A stretch of 64,000 bases of DNA from Candidatus Dormiibacterota bacterium (GTDB lineage: Bacteria; Chloroflexota; Dormibacteria; Aeolococcales; Bog-877). Below are positions 10,915 through 21,735 of this stretch, piece by piece. The stretch covers positions 27,155 to 91,154 of the forward strand of contig DAHVMY010000002.1 of NCBI GenBank assembly GCA_027319585.1, written 5' to 3'. How positions within the stretch are numbered: the first letter of the stretch is position 1; every line of letters begins with the position of its first letter. A program made the position numbers and the translations under genes. The notes under the pieces were generated by a model. It was not told where the DNA came from and did not search any database. It saw only the letters and a list, made by a program, of their open reading frames with translations.

Positions 10915-11330
10915 TGGACCACCCCTCGATGGACGCATTCCCACCAGGAGCCGGGGAGACGCCTCCAGAGCTGCGGCAGCGGCTGACCCAGGCCAGAATC
11001 GACGCTTACGCCGAGGCGTCTGGAGACCACAATCCGATTCACCTGGACCCGGCATTCGCCCAGGCGGTCGGTCTGCCATCCACGATCGCGCACGGCCTGC
11101 TCACCCTGGGCGCGGCGTGTTCTGAGATCGAGCTGTGGGCGGCGCACAAAGCGTGGACCGCCCGGGTCAGCTGCCGCTTCGCCGCCCCTTTGCCGTCGGG
11201 CCAGCTGCTCTCCGGCAACCCCCGAATGGTGGAGACCGGACCGGAGCTGGTGGTGATCGAGCTGGACGCTCTCTCCGAGGCCGGGGAGCGAGTGCTGACC
11301 AAGGGGAGAGTCGAGCTGCGGCCACTCTGA
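10911..11330 (+). CDS. MaoC-like (R)-specific enoyl-CoA hydratase/dehydratase (HadB-like)
   Basis: It contains GDHNPIHLDPAFAQAVGLPSTIAHGLL, the canonical MaoC hotdog motif. The start ATG at 10911 overlaps the upstream stop. Confidence 0.8.
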   Translation: MMDHPSMDAFPPGAGETPPELRQRLTQARIDAYAEASGDHNPIHLDPAFAQAVGLPSTIAHGLLTLGAACSEIELWAAHKAWTARVSCRFAAPLPSGQLLSGNPRMVETGPELVVIELDALSEAGERVLTKGRVELRPL

Positions 11331-11341
11331 CCGCGGCGCGG

Positions 11342-12091
11342 TCAGTTGCGGGTTCCCGAACCGAAGCCCGCGTTGAGTCCGGCCAGAACCTGGACCAGGC
11401 TCACCGCCCCGGCCGGCGCGGCTATCTTGAAGTTCTGGTTGAAGTCGGAGAGGTCGAGATAGTCCTGGCCCCGACCGTCCACGCGCAGCGGAAACGGCGG
11501 ACCACTGGTCGCGACCAGCACCTTGGTCGCGCTATTGCCGGACCCTTCGGTCACCTCCACGACACCCTGGCCGGCGAAGGTGGAGGTCTTGCCTCGGGTG
11601 GCCCGTGACTCCCCCTTCAGGATCACCTGAGCCTCCTGCTTGGCCGAGGTCAGCGCGGCAAGCCCGGTTGTGAGCGTCTGAGCCAGCGAGTTGTCGGCCG
11701 GGATGGAGACCCACTTGTTGGCCAGGAATCCCTGCAGGGCGCCGCCGTCGGCCTGCTCCCAGAGAGTGGCGCTCTTGACGTAGTCCGTGCCCCTGATTTC
11801 TCGCAATTGGAAGGTGAGGGAGCCCAGCGTGAAGGTGCCCGAACCCAGGTGGGGCCCCCCCACCTCGAACGTGAAGCTGCCGGTGCCTCCCGACACCGGC
11901 ACCGTACCCTGCAACTTGTACGAGCGGGCGGTGAGGAGGGCATGCGCTGACGCGCTGATTATCTGAGGGCCGCTCTTGGTGGCCTCGCCGTTCTGGCCAC
12001 AGCCCGCCAGCAGCAGCGCGAGCAGCGCTCCCGCGGCCAGGGCGGGGATGAGACGCCGTGCGAGTGACCACGGCCGGCGCCGCCAGGTCAA
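11342..12091 (-). CDS. putative lipoprotein (LppX/LprG-like?)
   Basis: A TTG start (reverse complement of 12089-12091) gives MTWRRRPWSLARRLIPALAAGALLALLLAGCGQ, a signal peptide with a lipobox. The longer ORF-track call (to 12553) overlaps the opposite-strand short-chain dehydrogenase gene, so I treated it as an artefactual extension. The family assignment is tentative. Confidence 0.5.
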   Translation of the reverse strand: MTWRRRPWSLARRLIPALAAGALLALLLAGCGQNGEATKSGPQIISASAHALLTARSYKLQGTVPVSGGTGSFTFEVGGPHLGSGTFTLGSLTFQLREIRGTDYVKSATLWEQADGGALQGFLANKWVSIPADNSLAQTLTTGLAALTSAKQEAQVILKGESRATRGKTSTFAGQGVVEVTEGSGNSATKVLVATSGPPFPLRVDGRGQDYLDLSDFNQNFKIAAPAGAVSLVQVLAGLNAGFGSGTRN

Positions 12092-12200
12092 GTCGAAGAT
12101 CTCGAAGTCACAGTTGCGCGCGGCGGTTGCGGCATCCCTGACCGAGAAGGGTGGATCGGCGTGGTGGCCGTTGTCAAGGCAGGTACACTCGGGTGCCAGG

Positions 12201-13040
12201 ATGGCCATGTTCGATCTGTCGGGAAAGGTGGCTCTGGTGACGGGGGCTTCGAGGGGCCTGGGGCGCGCCAACGCGCTCGCGCTCGCCAGAGCCGGCTGCG
12301 ACGTGGTGGTGGCGGACCTTCTGGTGGAGTCCGACCCGGAGCTGGAGCGGGTCGCAGAAGCCAGCGACAGCGTGATGGCGCGGGTGATGGTGACCGATCG
12401 GGTCGTCTTCACGGAGCGCACCGCCCGGGAGATCCAGGCCCTCGGGAGACGGTCGGAGGCGGTTCGCATGGACGTGGCCGACTTCCAGATGGTGCGGGAG
12501 GTGGTCGACCGGATGGTGGAGCAATTCGGCCACCTGGACATCCTGGTCAACAACGCGGGGGCTCACGATCATGTCGCCCAAATCATGGACCAATCGCCCG
12601 AGCTGTGGGAGCGGGATCTCAGGGTTAACCTGACCGGGGCCTACAACTGCAGCCAGGCGGCTTGGCCGCACATGCGCGCGCGCAACTTCGGACGGCTGAT
12701 CTTCATGTCCTCCATCGCCGGTATCGCCGGCGGTTTCGGACAGGCCAGTGTCAGCACCACCTCCGCGGGGCTGCTCGGACTGATGCGGTCGCTGGCGCTG
12801 GAGGGCGCCCGGCACGGCATCACCAGCAACGCGGTGGTGCCGGGGATCATCGCCACCGAGTCGTTCCGCACCACCCCTCCCGAGATGGTCGACCGGATGG
12901 TGCTGAGAACCGCGATGCGGGCCCCAGGGACCCCCGAGGACGTCGCCGCCGCGGTCTGCTATCTCGCCAGCGAAGAAGCCGGATACGTCACCGGAGTCCA
13001 GCTCCCGGTGGCCGGCGGGATTGACCTTTTCACCTTCTGA
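12201..13040 (+). CDS. short-chain dehydrogenase/reductase-fold protein lacking the catalytic Tyr and Lys
   Basis: TGASRGLG, NNAG and PGIIATE are present. The YxxxK position reads QASVSTTSAGLLG, against the canonical QANYAAAKAGLIG. The start is ATG 12201 (MAMFDLSGKVALVTGAS). Confidence 0.8.
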   Translation: MAMFDLSGKVALVTGASRGLGRANALALARAGCDVVVADLLVESDPELERVAEASDSVMARVMVTDRVVFTERTAREIQALGRRSEAVRMDVADFQMVREVVDRMVEQFGHLDILVNNAGAHDHVAQIMDQSPELWERDLRVNLTGAYNCSQAAWPHMRARNFGRLIFMSSIAGIAGGFGQASVSTTSAGLLGLMRSLALEGARHGITSNAVVPGIIATESFRTTPPEMVDRMVLRTAMRAPGTPEDVAAAVCYLASEEAGYVTGVQLPVAGGIDLFTF

Positions 13041-13166
13041 TTTGCGGGGTCGGCTGAGCAAAGCGCGCAACTTGGCGGCGGGCCTGCTATAGTACCGGCC
13101 GCCAGACAGTTCCGGGCGGCGATACAAGGCACGACCGAGTGGTCCTGGCTAGCTTCGTGTTGGAGG

Positions 13167-13493
13167 ATGCTCGGATTGAGCCTCGTCGACGTCACCCTGA
13201 CCTGCCGGGAGTGCGGGTCGGAATTCATCTTTACGGCCGGGGAACAGCAGTTTTATCAGTCGAAGGGCTTGGTCAACCAGCCCACCCGCTGCCAGCCCTG
13301 CCGGCAGCTGGCCAAGGCGTCCCGTCAGGGCTCGGCAGGAGGTTACGGCTCCTCGGGCCCGCGGCCCCCGCGGCAGATGCATGAGGTCGTCTGTGCCGAC
13401 TGCGGCACCCTGACCCAGGTGCCGTTCGAGCCCAAGTACGATCGGCCCGTCTACTGCAGCGCCTGCTTCGAGAACCACCGGGTAGCCCGCTGA
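13167..13493 (+). CDS. double zinc-ribbon protein (two CxxC...CxxC units)
   Basis: It has CRECG...CQPCR and CADCG...CSAC. The FTAGEQQFY motif is typical of a conserved small zinc-ribbon family. Confidence 0.7.
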   Translation: MLGLSLVDVTLTCRECGSEFIFTAGEQQFYQSKGLVNQPTRCQPCRQLAKASRQGSAGGYGSSGPRPPRQMHEVVCADCGTLTQVPFEPKYDRPVYCSACFENHRVAR

Positions 13494-14274
13494 TCAGGGA
13501 TCTGCTCGCGGCGCGTGCTCGAGCAGATCCGCCATCGCCAGGTCCAGAGCATCCGGGTCTGCCGAGCAGGCCCGGATGATGAGGTTCCCGCGCACCCTCT
13601 GCGGGTAGGAGCCGAAGTGCACCTGCGGGTACTCCTCGCCGAGTCGGGTCAGGATCGGGTAGAACTGCGACTCCGGCACGCCCTGGAAGTGCGCCTCTCG
13701 ATAGCTGACCGCCCGCTCGCCGCCGCAGAAGGTCGGAATGGCCTCCTGCTCGACGATCGCTCGGAGCTCGTGAGGGACCCCGGGCAGGGCCAGAATCCAG
13801 CGCGGCTCGCTGCCGTCAGGTAGCGGAATCGCCACTGGGGGCGCCATCCCCACGGGATTGCGCAGCACCAGCGCCCCCCGGGGCACCAGGGCCATCTTGC
13901 GGTTGCCCTCGTTGGGTTCCGGACCCGGCACCCGGCCCTCGGCGTGCATCCGCGCCACCCGCTGGCGGATGCGGGCCATGGTCGCCGGATCTTCCACCAG
14001 CTCCAGGCCGAGAGTGTCGGCGAGGGCCGCCATGGTGCGGTCGTCAGGGGTCGGCCCCAAGCCTCCGCAGCAGAATACCCGGGCCACCCGCTGGCTCACC
14101 GCCGCCCCCACAACCTCGGAGATCGCCATCGGCTCGTCCGGCACGACCGTGATCCGAGCCACCGGAAACGGGGTCTCCCGGAGCTGAGCGGCGAGCCAGT
14201 TGGAGTTGGTGTCGAGGGTGTGACCGGACAGAACCTCGTCCCCGATCGCCACGATCCAGCTGTGCGCGCTCAAC
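13494..14274 (-). CDS. CinA-N-terminal-like molybdopterin-binding (MoCF_biosynth) domain protein
   Basis: IVAIGDEVLSGHTLDTNSNWLAAQL matches the CinA/MoaB N-terminal signature. I put the start at a TTG or GTG near 14253-14274. The upstream part of the ORF-track call (to 15191) overlaps hppA on the other strand and was rejected. Its stop forms a TGATCA palindrome with the stop of the zinc-ribbon gene. Confidence 0.6.
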
Positions 14275-14447
14275 AGCCGGGCGCCCGGCCAGCCGGCGGC
14301 GGTACCCGGCGTCGATCGGGAGAAATGGCGGTTGCGGGGTCCACCCCGATATAATCCGGCAGCTTGGGCCGCCACCGCTGGCACGATCAGGCCCGCCCCA
14401 ACAGTTCTCAGGAAGTCTTGCCGCGCGGCTGGGAGGTCATCGCGCTC

Positions 14448-16490
<2,043 letters not shown>

Positions 16491-16536
16491 CGCGGAAAGG
16501 ATGCGGCCGGTTGGCCGCGCCCGGCGGGGAGAGTTG

Positions 16537-16878
16537 ATGGCAGAGAGCGAGCAGTCGGAGTACCTGGAGGAGATCGCCGACCTGCGGTCGCGGCTGGCGC
16601 AACTGGTCGAGGGGGGCGGCGATCCGGTGCTCATCGACGAGTTCACCGTCGAGGTGCGGATCCTGGAATCCCTCCTGCTGGCGGCCCGCGAGCTCAATCT
16701 CCAGTTGCAGCTCGACCCAGAGCTGGGAGAGCGCCTGCTCCTGCGGGGCCTGTCCCCGCTCAGCTTCCAGGACGTGTACAGCTTCGTCTACGACGCCACC
16801 ATGGAGATCGATTTGCAGGGGCGGGAGTTGGCCCGGGCGATTGGCGAGACCGACTTCGCCGCCCTCCTCAGGGATTGA
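16537..16878 (+). CDS. hypothetical acidic small protein
   Basis: The ORF has GC3-rich codon usage. I recognised no domain. The start at MAESEQSEYLEE was chosen by position. Confidence 0.4.
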   Translation: MAESEQSEYLEEIADLRSRLAQLVEGGGDPVLIDEFTVEVRILESLLLAARELNLQLQLDPELGERLLLRGLSPLSFQDVYSFVYDATMEIDLQGRELARAIGETDFAALLRD

Positions 16879-17001
16879 GCATCGCTCCTCATCGCCGACC
16901 GCGATCAGGTCCGCCGCCGCGCCGCCCGTCGCGAATCATGAGCCGGCCGAAGCGTGTCTTGAGATCGGCTCCTGATCATGGCTATCGGTCGAATTCGGGG
17001 A

Positions 17002-17030
17002 TTGGCGCATAATGTAGTCATCGCTACAAT
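17002..17030 (+). promoter_or_regulatory. candidate sigma-70-type promoter (-35 TTGGCG, 17-bp spacer, -10 TACAAT) overlapping an inverted repeat ATGTAG-n6-CTACAA
   Basis: Seen directly. It lies about 50 nt upstream of the aldolase start (17081) in the only AT-richer stretch nearby. The downstream operon ends in a MarR gene, so the palindrome could be its operator. Confidence 0.35.
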
Positions 17031-17080
17031 GTGGTCGCGGGCTACCCGCCCTGCGGCCAGATCCACCCAGGAGGTGCCGC

Positions 17081-17752
17081 ATGGCTGATCAGCAACGCAC
17101 AGCGCCGGAAGTCCGACAGGCGATCGTGGAGGCGGCCGCCTCGCTCTTCCGAAACCAGGTCATGTCCCACACCGGCCACGCCAACCTATCGGGGCGTCTT
17201 TCGTCAGAGGAGATGATCTTGACCGTGGACGGCATGGTCCGCGAGCTGACCGTCGACCGCATGGCCAGGCTCCGGCTCGACGGCAAGGTCGTGGAGGGAA
17301 CGCTCGATCCCACCAACGCCGAGATCGTGGCGATGCACGGAGAGGTCTACCGCACTCGCGCCGAGGTGGGGGGGATCATCCACACCCACTCGCCCAGCCT
17401 GCTCGCCTTCGCGCTGGCGAACCGGCCCCTCCCCTGCCGCTACGAGGCGCTTCTTCGCTTCGGCCAGGCCGCCGAGGTGCCCGTCGTGCCCTGGGCGCCC
17501 CGCGGTTCGGAGCGGTCCGTCGCCGGAATCGTGGAGGCGATTCGGGAGCATCCCTCGACGCAGGCCGTGCTCCTCGGGAACCATGGCGTCCTGGTCTTCG
17601 GCAGCACCCCTCAGGCGGCGGCTGCCCTGGTGACGGTGCTGGAGGAGGCGGCCGAGGCTGAACTCGCGGCAACGCAGGTCGGCGGTGCCGAGGAGTTTCC
17701 CGCGGGGGCCCTGGAGGACGTCCGGACCGCCATGGCCCGGGTGCGGTCATGA
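17081..17752 (+). CDS. class II aldolase/adducin-family protein
   Basis: GGIIHTHSP...GNHGVLVFGSTPQAAAALVTVLEEAAE matches the class II aldolase fold, with its His ligands. A ribosome-binding site (CAGGAGG) precedes the ATG. Confidence 0.8.
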   Translation: MADQQRTAPEVRQAIVEAAASLFRNQVMSHTGHANLSGRLSSEEMILTVDGMVRELTVDRMARLRLDGKVVEGTLDPTNAEIVAMHGEVYRTRAEVGGIIHTHSPSLLAFALANRPLPCRYEALLRFGQAAEVPVVPWAPRGSERSVAGIVEAIREHPSTQAVLLGNHGVLVFGSTPQAAAALVTVLEEAAEAELAATQVGGAEEFPAGALEDVRTAMARVRS

Positions 17753-18156
17753 CCGCTCCCGGGGGAGATGAGCTGGAAGCGATCCGCGACTCCTACCGCG
17801 AGCTCACCGGAGGGGTCCCCGAGTCGATCGAGGCCCGGCTAAGGGTCGCTGGGGCCACCGGCCGGGAGGCGGCGGTGGCGTCCGTAGAGGCCACCCGGCG
17901 GGCGCTGATCATGGAGAATCCACTCGGACGCAGGGTGGGTCAGATAGTCCACTTCGCGCAGCTGGTCGCCCTGCAAAGGGGCGCGCCGGCGCGTCTGCAT
18001 GCCCGGGCCGCGCTCCGCGCCGGAGCGACGCTGGCAGAGCTGACCGGAGCTGCGGAGCTGGCCCTGATCACCGCTGGCATGCCGGCCTACTCGTTAGGGA
18101 TCGAGATCTGCGCGGAGCTCCTGGAGGAGGCGGGATCGCCAGGTGAGCGGCCCTAG
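17749..18156 (+). CDS. carboxymuconolactone-decarboxylase (CMD/AhpD-like) family protein
   Basis: It is a small helical protein with a CMD-like core (LVALQRG...AELALITAGMPAYSLGIE). There is no CxxH motif. Its start overlaps the upstream stop. Confidence 0.5.
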   Translation: MTAPGGDELEAIRDSYRELTGGVPESIEARLRVAGATGREAAVASVEATRRALIMENPLGRRVGQIVHFAQLVALQRGAPARLHARAALRAGATLAELTGAAELALITAGMPAYSLGIEICAELLEEAGSPGERP

Positions 18157-18655
18157 CCGCCGGACCAGTCCAGATTCGACACCGGCGGCGGGCGCACCCG
18201 AGTTCGGATCGGCGCTTCAGCCACTGAGCCAGGACGTCGGGTTCCGGCTGGGCCGGGCCCACCGCCACCTGCGCGCCAGCTGGGAACGGGCGATCGCCGA
18301 TCTTGGCGTCACCGCCCCGCAGGCGGCGGCGCTAAGAGCGGCGGTGGCCCAGCCTGGCCAGGCCCTGCGGGGCCTGGCCAGGGTTCTGGGTACCGACCCC
18401 ATGAATGCTCGACGGCTGGCGATCGATCTGGAGCGCCTGAACCTGGTCGAGGTCCGAACGTCGGTCCGAGATCGCCGGACCAAGGGTGTCTGGCCGACCG
18501 AACTCGGCACCACCCTGGCCGAGGAACTCTCGCGCCGAGCACGGGCGCGGCGGCGATCTCTGGAGCGCGAGCTCGGGACAGCCGCCTACCGGCAGCTCGA
18601 GGAGCTCTTGGAGCAGTTGTTAGCGACTGACGCCCTCGGCGACCGCACTCCCTGA
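18143..18655 (+). CDS. MarR-family transcriptional regulator
   Basis: The winged helix-turn-helix is LRGLARVLGTDPMNARRLAIDLERLNLVEVRTSVRDRRTKGVWPTELG. It overlaps the upstream gene by 14 nt, so aldolase, CMD and MarR form one operon. Confidence 0.75.
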   Translation: MSGPSRRTSPDSTPAAGAPEFGSALQPLSQDVGFRLGRAHRHLRASWERAIADLGVTAPQAAALRAAVAQPGQALRGLARVLGTDPMNARRLAIDLERLNLVEVRTSVRDRRTKGVWPTELGTTLAEELSRRARARRRSLERELGTAAYRQLEELLEQLLATDALGDRTP

Positions 18656-18674
18656 CCGGCCCGGTCCGCTCCCG

Positions 18675-19109
18675 CTACCCAGCCATCCCCGAGGCTCCGT
18701 GGCGGCAGAGCTCACAGACCCCGTGGCCGACCAGCTCCACACGCTCGACGTGGAAATGGATCCGCGAGGAGATCCGGTCCACCCAGTCGGGAACCTCGGG
18801 CACACTGACGTCGAAGGTGGCCCCGCAGAGATCGCAGAGGAGATGCTGGTGAGACTCGTTTCCGACCTGCACCGCCTCGTAGGCGTTGCTGTGGCCGAGC
18901 TGGACCCGGCGCGCCAGACCCATCTCCACCAGGAGGTCGAGGGTGCGGTAGACGGTGGTGCGTTGGAAGCCGGGGACCTTGTGAGAGATACTGGCACAGA
19001 GCTCGTCGGCGGTCGCGTGTCCCGGACTCTCGAGCAGTGCCGAGTACACCAGCCGCCGCTGGGGCGTGAGCCGCTTGCCCTTCTCCCGCAGCATCTCGAG
19101 CCGGTCCAT
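18675..19109 (-). CDS. Fur-family metalloregulator (Fur/Zur)
   Basis: The DNA-binding helix is LTPQRRLVYSALLE. Metal sites are HHHLLCDLCG and HGVCELC. It is 144 aa long. Confidence 0.85.
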   Translation of the reverse strand: MDRLEMLREKGKRLTPQRRLVYSALLESPGHATADELCASISHKVPGFQRTTVYRTLDLLVEMGLARRVQLGHSNAYEAVQVGNESHQHLLCDLCGATFDVSVPEVPDWVDRISSRIHFHVERVELVGHGVCELCRHGASGMAG

Positions 19110-19121
19110 GGTGAGAAGATG

Positions 19122-19139
19122 ATAGCTGTTGGCAGCTAT
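19122..19139. promoter_or_regulatory. perfect 7-4-7 palindrome ATAGCTG-TTGG-CAGCTAT, followed by TTGCAACAATTGC; candidate Fur-family operator
   Basis: Seen directly. It lies 13 nt upstream of the fur start codon and in the divergent intergenic region shared with mrp. Confidence 0.4.
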
Positions 19140-19202
19140 TGCAACAATTGCGGCTGGGGGGCTGCGGGCTCCCGGCTATGATCAAAGTGGAGTGGGTAGT
19201 GG

Positions 19203-20306
19203 ATGAATGACTCCCAACGGCTGGCGGCCGTAGAGGATGCGCTGGCCAGGGTGCAGGATCCGGAGTTGCACCGGCCGATGATGCAGCTGGGCATGCTCAA
19301 GAACCTGCGCCTGGACGGCACGACGGTGCGGCTGCGAGTGGTCCTGACCACCCCGGCCTGTCCGCTCAAGGACCGGATCGAGGGCGAGATCCGGGCGGCG
19401 GTGGTGGGGCACGTCGACGGAGTGGACCGAGTCGAGCTGGAGTGGGATGCGGATGTCAGCCGCACCCGCGGTGTGACCGGACGCCAGGAGATCCCCGGGG
19501 TGCGGAACATCGTCGCGGTCTCCGCCGGCAAGGGTGGCGTGGGCAAGACCACAGTCGCGGTCAACCTGGCCTTTGCCCTCCTGCAAAGCGGTGCGCGTGT
19601 GGGCCTCTTGGACGCTGACATCTACGGGCCGAACGTCCCGATCATGTTGGGGCTGGAGGAGCGCCCGTCGGCCCAGGACGGCAGGATGATCCCACTCGCC
19701 AAGAACGGCCTGGAGGTGGTCTCGATCGGGACCATCATCGACCCTGACAAACCGGTCATCTGGAGGGGCCCGATGCTGGCGGGGGCACTCCGCCAGTTCC
19801 TGTTCGAGGTCAATTGGGGAGAGCTCGACTATCTCATCTGCGACCTTCCCCCCGGCACCGGGGACGTCCAGCTGACCCTTGCCCAATCCATACCCCTCAC
19901 CGGTGCGGTCATCGTCACCACCCCCCAGGACGTCTCCCTGGCCGACGTGGGACGGGGGATCGCGATGTTCGAGCAGCTCCGCGTGGGCATCCTGGGGGTG
20001 ATCGAGAACATGAGCGGGTTCGTCTGCCCCCACTGTGGAGAGATGACCGATGTGTTCAGCCGCGGCGGTGGGCGCCAGCTGGCCGCGGCCCGCCAGGTCC
20101 CGTTCCTGGGCGAGATCCCACTCGATCCAGCGGTGCGGGTGGGTGGAGGTGCGGGGCTGCCCCTCGTGCTCGCCCAACCGCAGTCGGCGCAGGCCAGGAT
20201 CTTCGCGGAGGTCGCGGCCCAGCTGGCGGGACAGATCAGCCAGGTCAACTTCGAGGCGGCGGCGGCCCCGGTGATGCCTGCTGGCCCCCGCGTCCGGCTG
20301 GGCTAG
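19203..20306 (+). CDS. mrp: Fe-S cluster carrier ATPase Mrp/ApbC (N-terminal DUF59)
   Basis: The P-loop is AVSAGKGGVGKTTVAVNLA. CPHCG is present. The Mrp signature GVIENMS is also present. Confidence 0.9.
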   Translation: MNDSQRLAAVEDALARVQDPELHRPMMQLGMLKNLRLDGTTVRLRVVLTTPACPLKDRIEGEIRAAVVGHVDGVDRVELEWDADVSRTRGVTGRQEIPGVRNIVAVSAGKGGVGKTTVAVNLAFALLQSGARVGLLDADIYGPNVPIMLGLEERPSAQDGRMIPLAKNGLEVVSIGTIIDPDKPVIWRGPMLAGALRQFLFEVNWGELDYLICDLPPGTGDVQLTLAQSIPLTGAVIVTTPQDVSLADVGRGIAMFEQLRVGILGVIENMSGFVCPHCGEMTDVFSRGGGRQLAAARQVPFLGEIPLDPAVRVGGGAGLPLVLAQPQSAQARIFAEVAAQLAGQISQVNFEAAAAPVMPAGPRVRLG

Positions 20307-21733
20307 AGGGGGCTCTCCCCCGCCGCCGGGACCAGCTTCGAGACCGCGGCGGCCGCCGCGCGGCGGATGACCTCTCGCGCGCTCCCGTCGGGGGTGTACA
20401 CCCGCATCCACACCGTCCGCACCGGGAGCAGCCGGGCCAGGAGTTGAGGGGCGGCCTCGACCTCCACCTTGCCGGAGATGGGATCGAAGATGTTCAGCTG
20501 CTCGCCGGCCCGCGCTGGGTTCTCCGGCCTGGGGGAGGTGCTGGCCAGGTCCACCTCCAGGGGAACCTCAGAGAGCGCTGTGGGCAGCTCTTCGCGGATC
20601 CGGTCCTCGAGGAAGCCCGCGTCCCGAAGCGTCGCCGGCTCGTCGTCGCCTCCGACTTCCCGGAACGCTTCATAGGCAAGCTGCCACGGGAGCGTGCGGC
20701 TGGTGACGGCCTCCCAGCCCCGGCCCAGCTCGGCCTCGTCGGCGGTCCGCGGATGCCGCTGCAGCCGCTCGACCTCGCCCAGCAGGGACCAGTCGGTCAG
20801 AAGTTGGTACTCCTCCAGGTGTTCCAGGGGACTACCCGGGGGCAGCAGCTTCCAGCAGGTGCGCGCGAACACCGGTCGAAGATGCAGGTCGATCCGCCGC
20901 ACGGTTCGGTGAAAGTAGATGTGGTTGTACATGTACAACCGGGCGGCGAGGAACCCCTCGAGCGCCGGAGCCCCGTGCTGGTGCAGCACCAGCGAACCGT
21001 CCTTGATGAACATGTAGTGGCGCAGTCGGGCCACATCCACGGGGCCGACCCCCACCCCGCACATGTAGGCATCCCGGGGCACGTAGTCCAGGTTGTCGGT
21101 GCTGACCGCCCCGCAGAGAACCGCCTTCAGGGCGCCGAGCCAGCTCGGAGGGGCGAATCCGGGAAGGGGAGCCGGGGCCATCACGAACGCGACCCATCTG
21201 GGGTCGATCCGCTCGTGCTCACCGAAGCGGCCCGAGGGGCTCCGGCGCAGGGAGGCGATCAGGTCCTGCAACGGCCCCATCACCAGGGCGCGCCCCAGGT
21301 CCTCATGATCGAGGCCGAATCGAGCCAGAACCTGGCTGTCGAAGAAGTGTCCAAAGGGACCGTGGCCGCTGTCATGGAGCAATCCGGCGACCCGCATGGT
21401 CTCGACCACCAGCGGCTCGGAGGGCAGGTCGGGGAAGCTCTCGCGCAGGCTGGGATACAGGTGCTCTGTGATCCGCCCCGAGAGATGCATCGCGCCGACC
21501 GCATGCTGAAAGCGGGAGTGCTCGGCGGTGTGGAAGACCCACCAGGCGGACTGCAGCTGGTGGATGCGGCGCTGGCGCTGCATCCACGGGTGATCCAGCA
21601 GGGCCTGCTCGGAGCTGGAGCCGTCACCCAGCTGCTTGGTGATCTGACAGTACTCGTAGATGGGATCGGCGAGCAGGTTGACGGCATCGTAAACTCGCTC
21701 CGGCCCGCTCGCGGGCGGGTGGGGTGCCGCCAA
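20303..21733 (-). CDS. HD-domain phosphohydrolase, dGTP-triphosphohydrolase-like
   Basis: The HD motif is H...AGLLHDSGHGPFGH, with NLDYVPRD downstream. It is 476 aa long and lies immediately downstream of the ABC transporter genes on the same strand. Confidence 0.75.
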   Translation of the reverse strand: MAAPHPPASGPERVYDAVNLLADPIYEYCQITKQLGDGSSSEQALLDHPWMQRQRRIHQLQSAWWVFHTAEHSRFQHAVGAMHLSGRITEHLYPSLRESFPDLPSEPLVVETMRVAGLLHDSGHGPFGHFFDSQVLARFGLDHEDLGRALVMGPLQDLIASLRRSPSGRFGEHERIDPRWVAFVMAPAPLPGFAPPSWLGALKAVLCGAVSTDNLDYVPRDAYMCGVGVGPVDVARLRHYMFIKDGSLVLHQHGAPALEGFLAARLYMYNHIYFHRTVRRIDLHLRPVFARTCWKLLPPGSPLEHLEEYQLLTDWSLLGEVERLQRHPRTADEAELGRGWEAVTSRTLPWQLAYEAFREVGGDDEPATLRDAGFLEDRIREELPTALSEVPLEVDLASTSPRPENPARAGEQLNIFDPISGKVEVEAAPQLLARLLPVRTVWMRVYTPDGSAREVIRRAAAAAVSKLVPAAGESPL

Positions 21734-21735
21734 TC

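Noticed and set aside
11342-12553. 403-aa version of the lipoprotein ORF
   Set aside because: The N-terminal 150 codons overlap the dehydrogenase gene on the opposite strand. A TTG start just before the signal peptide gives a sensible lipoprotein.
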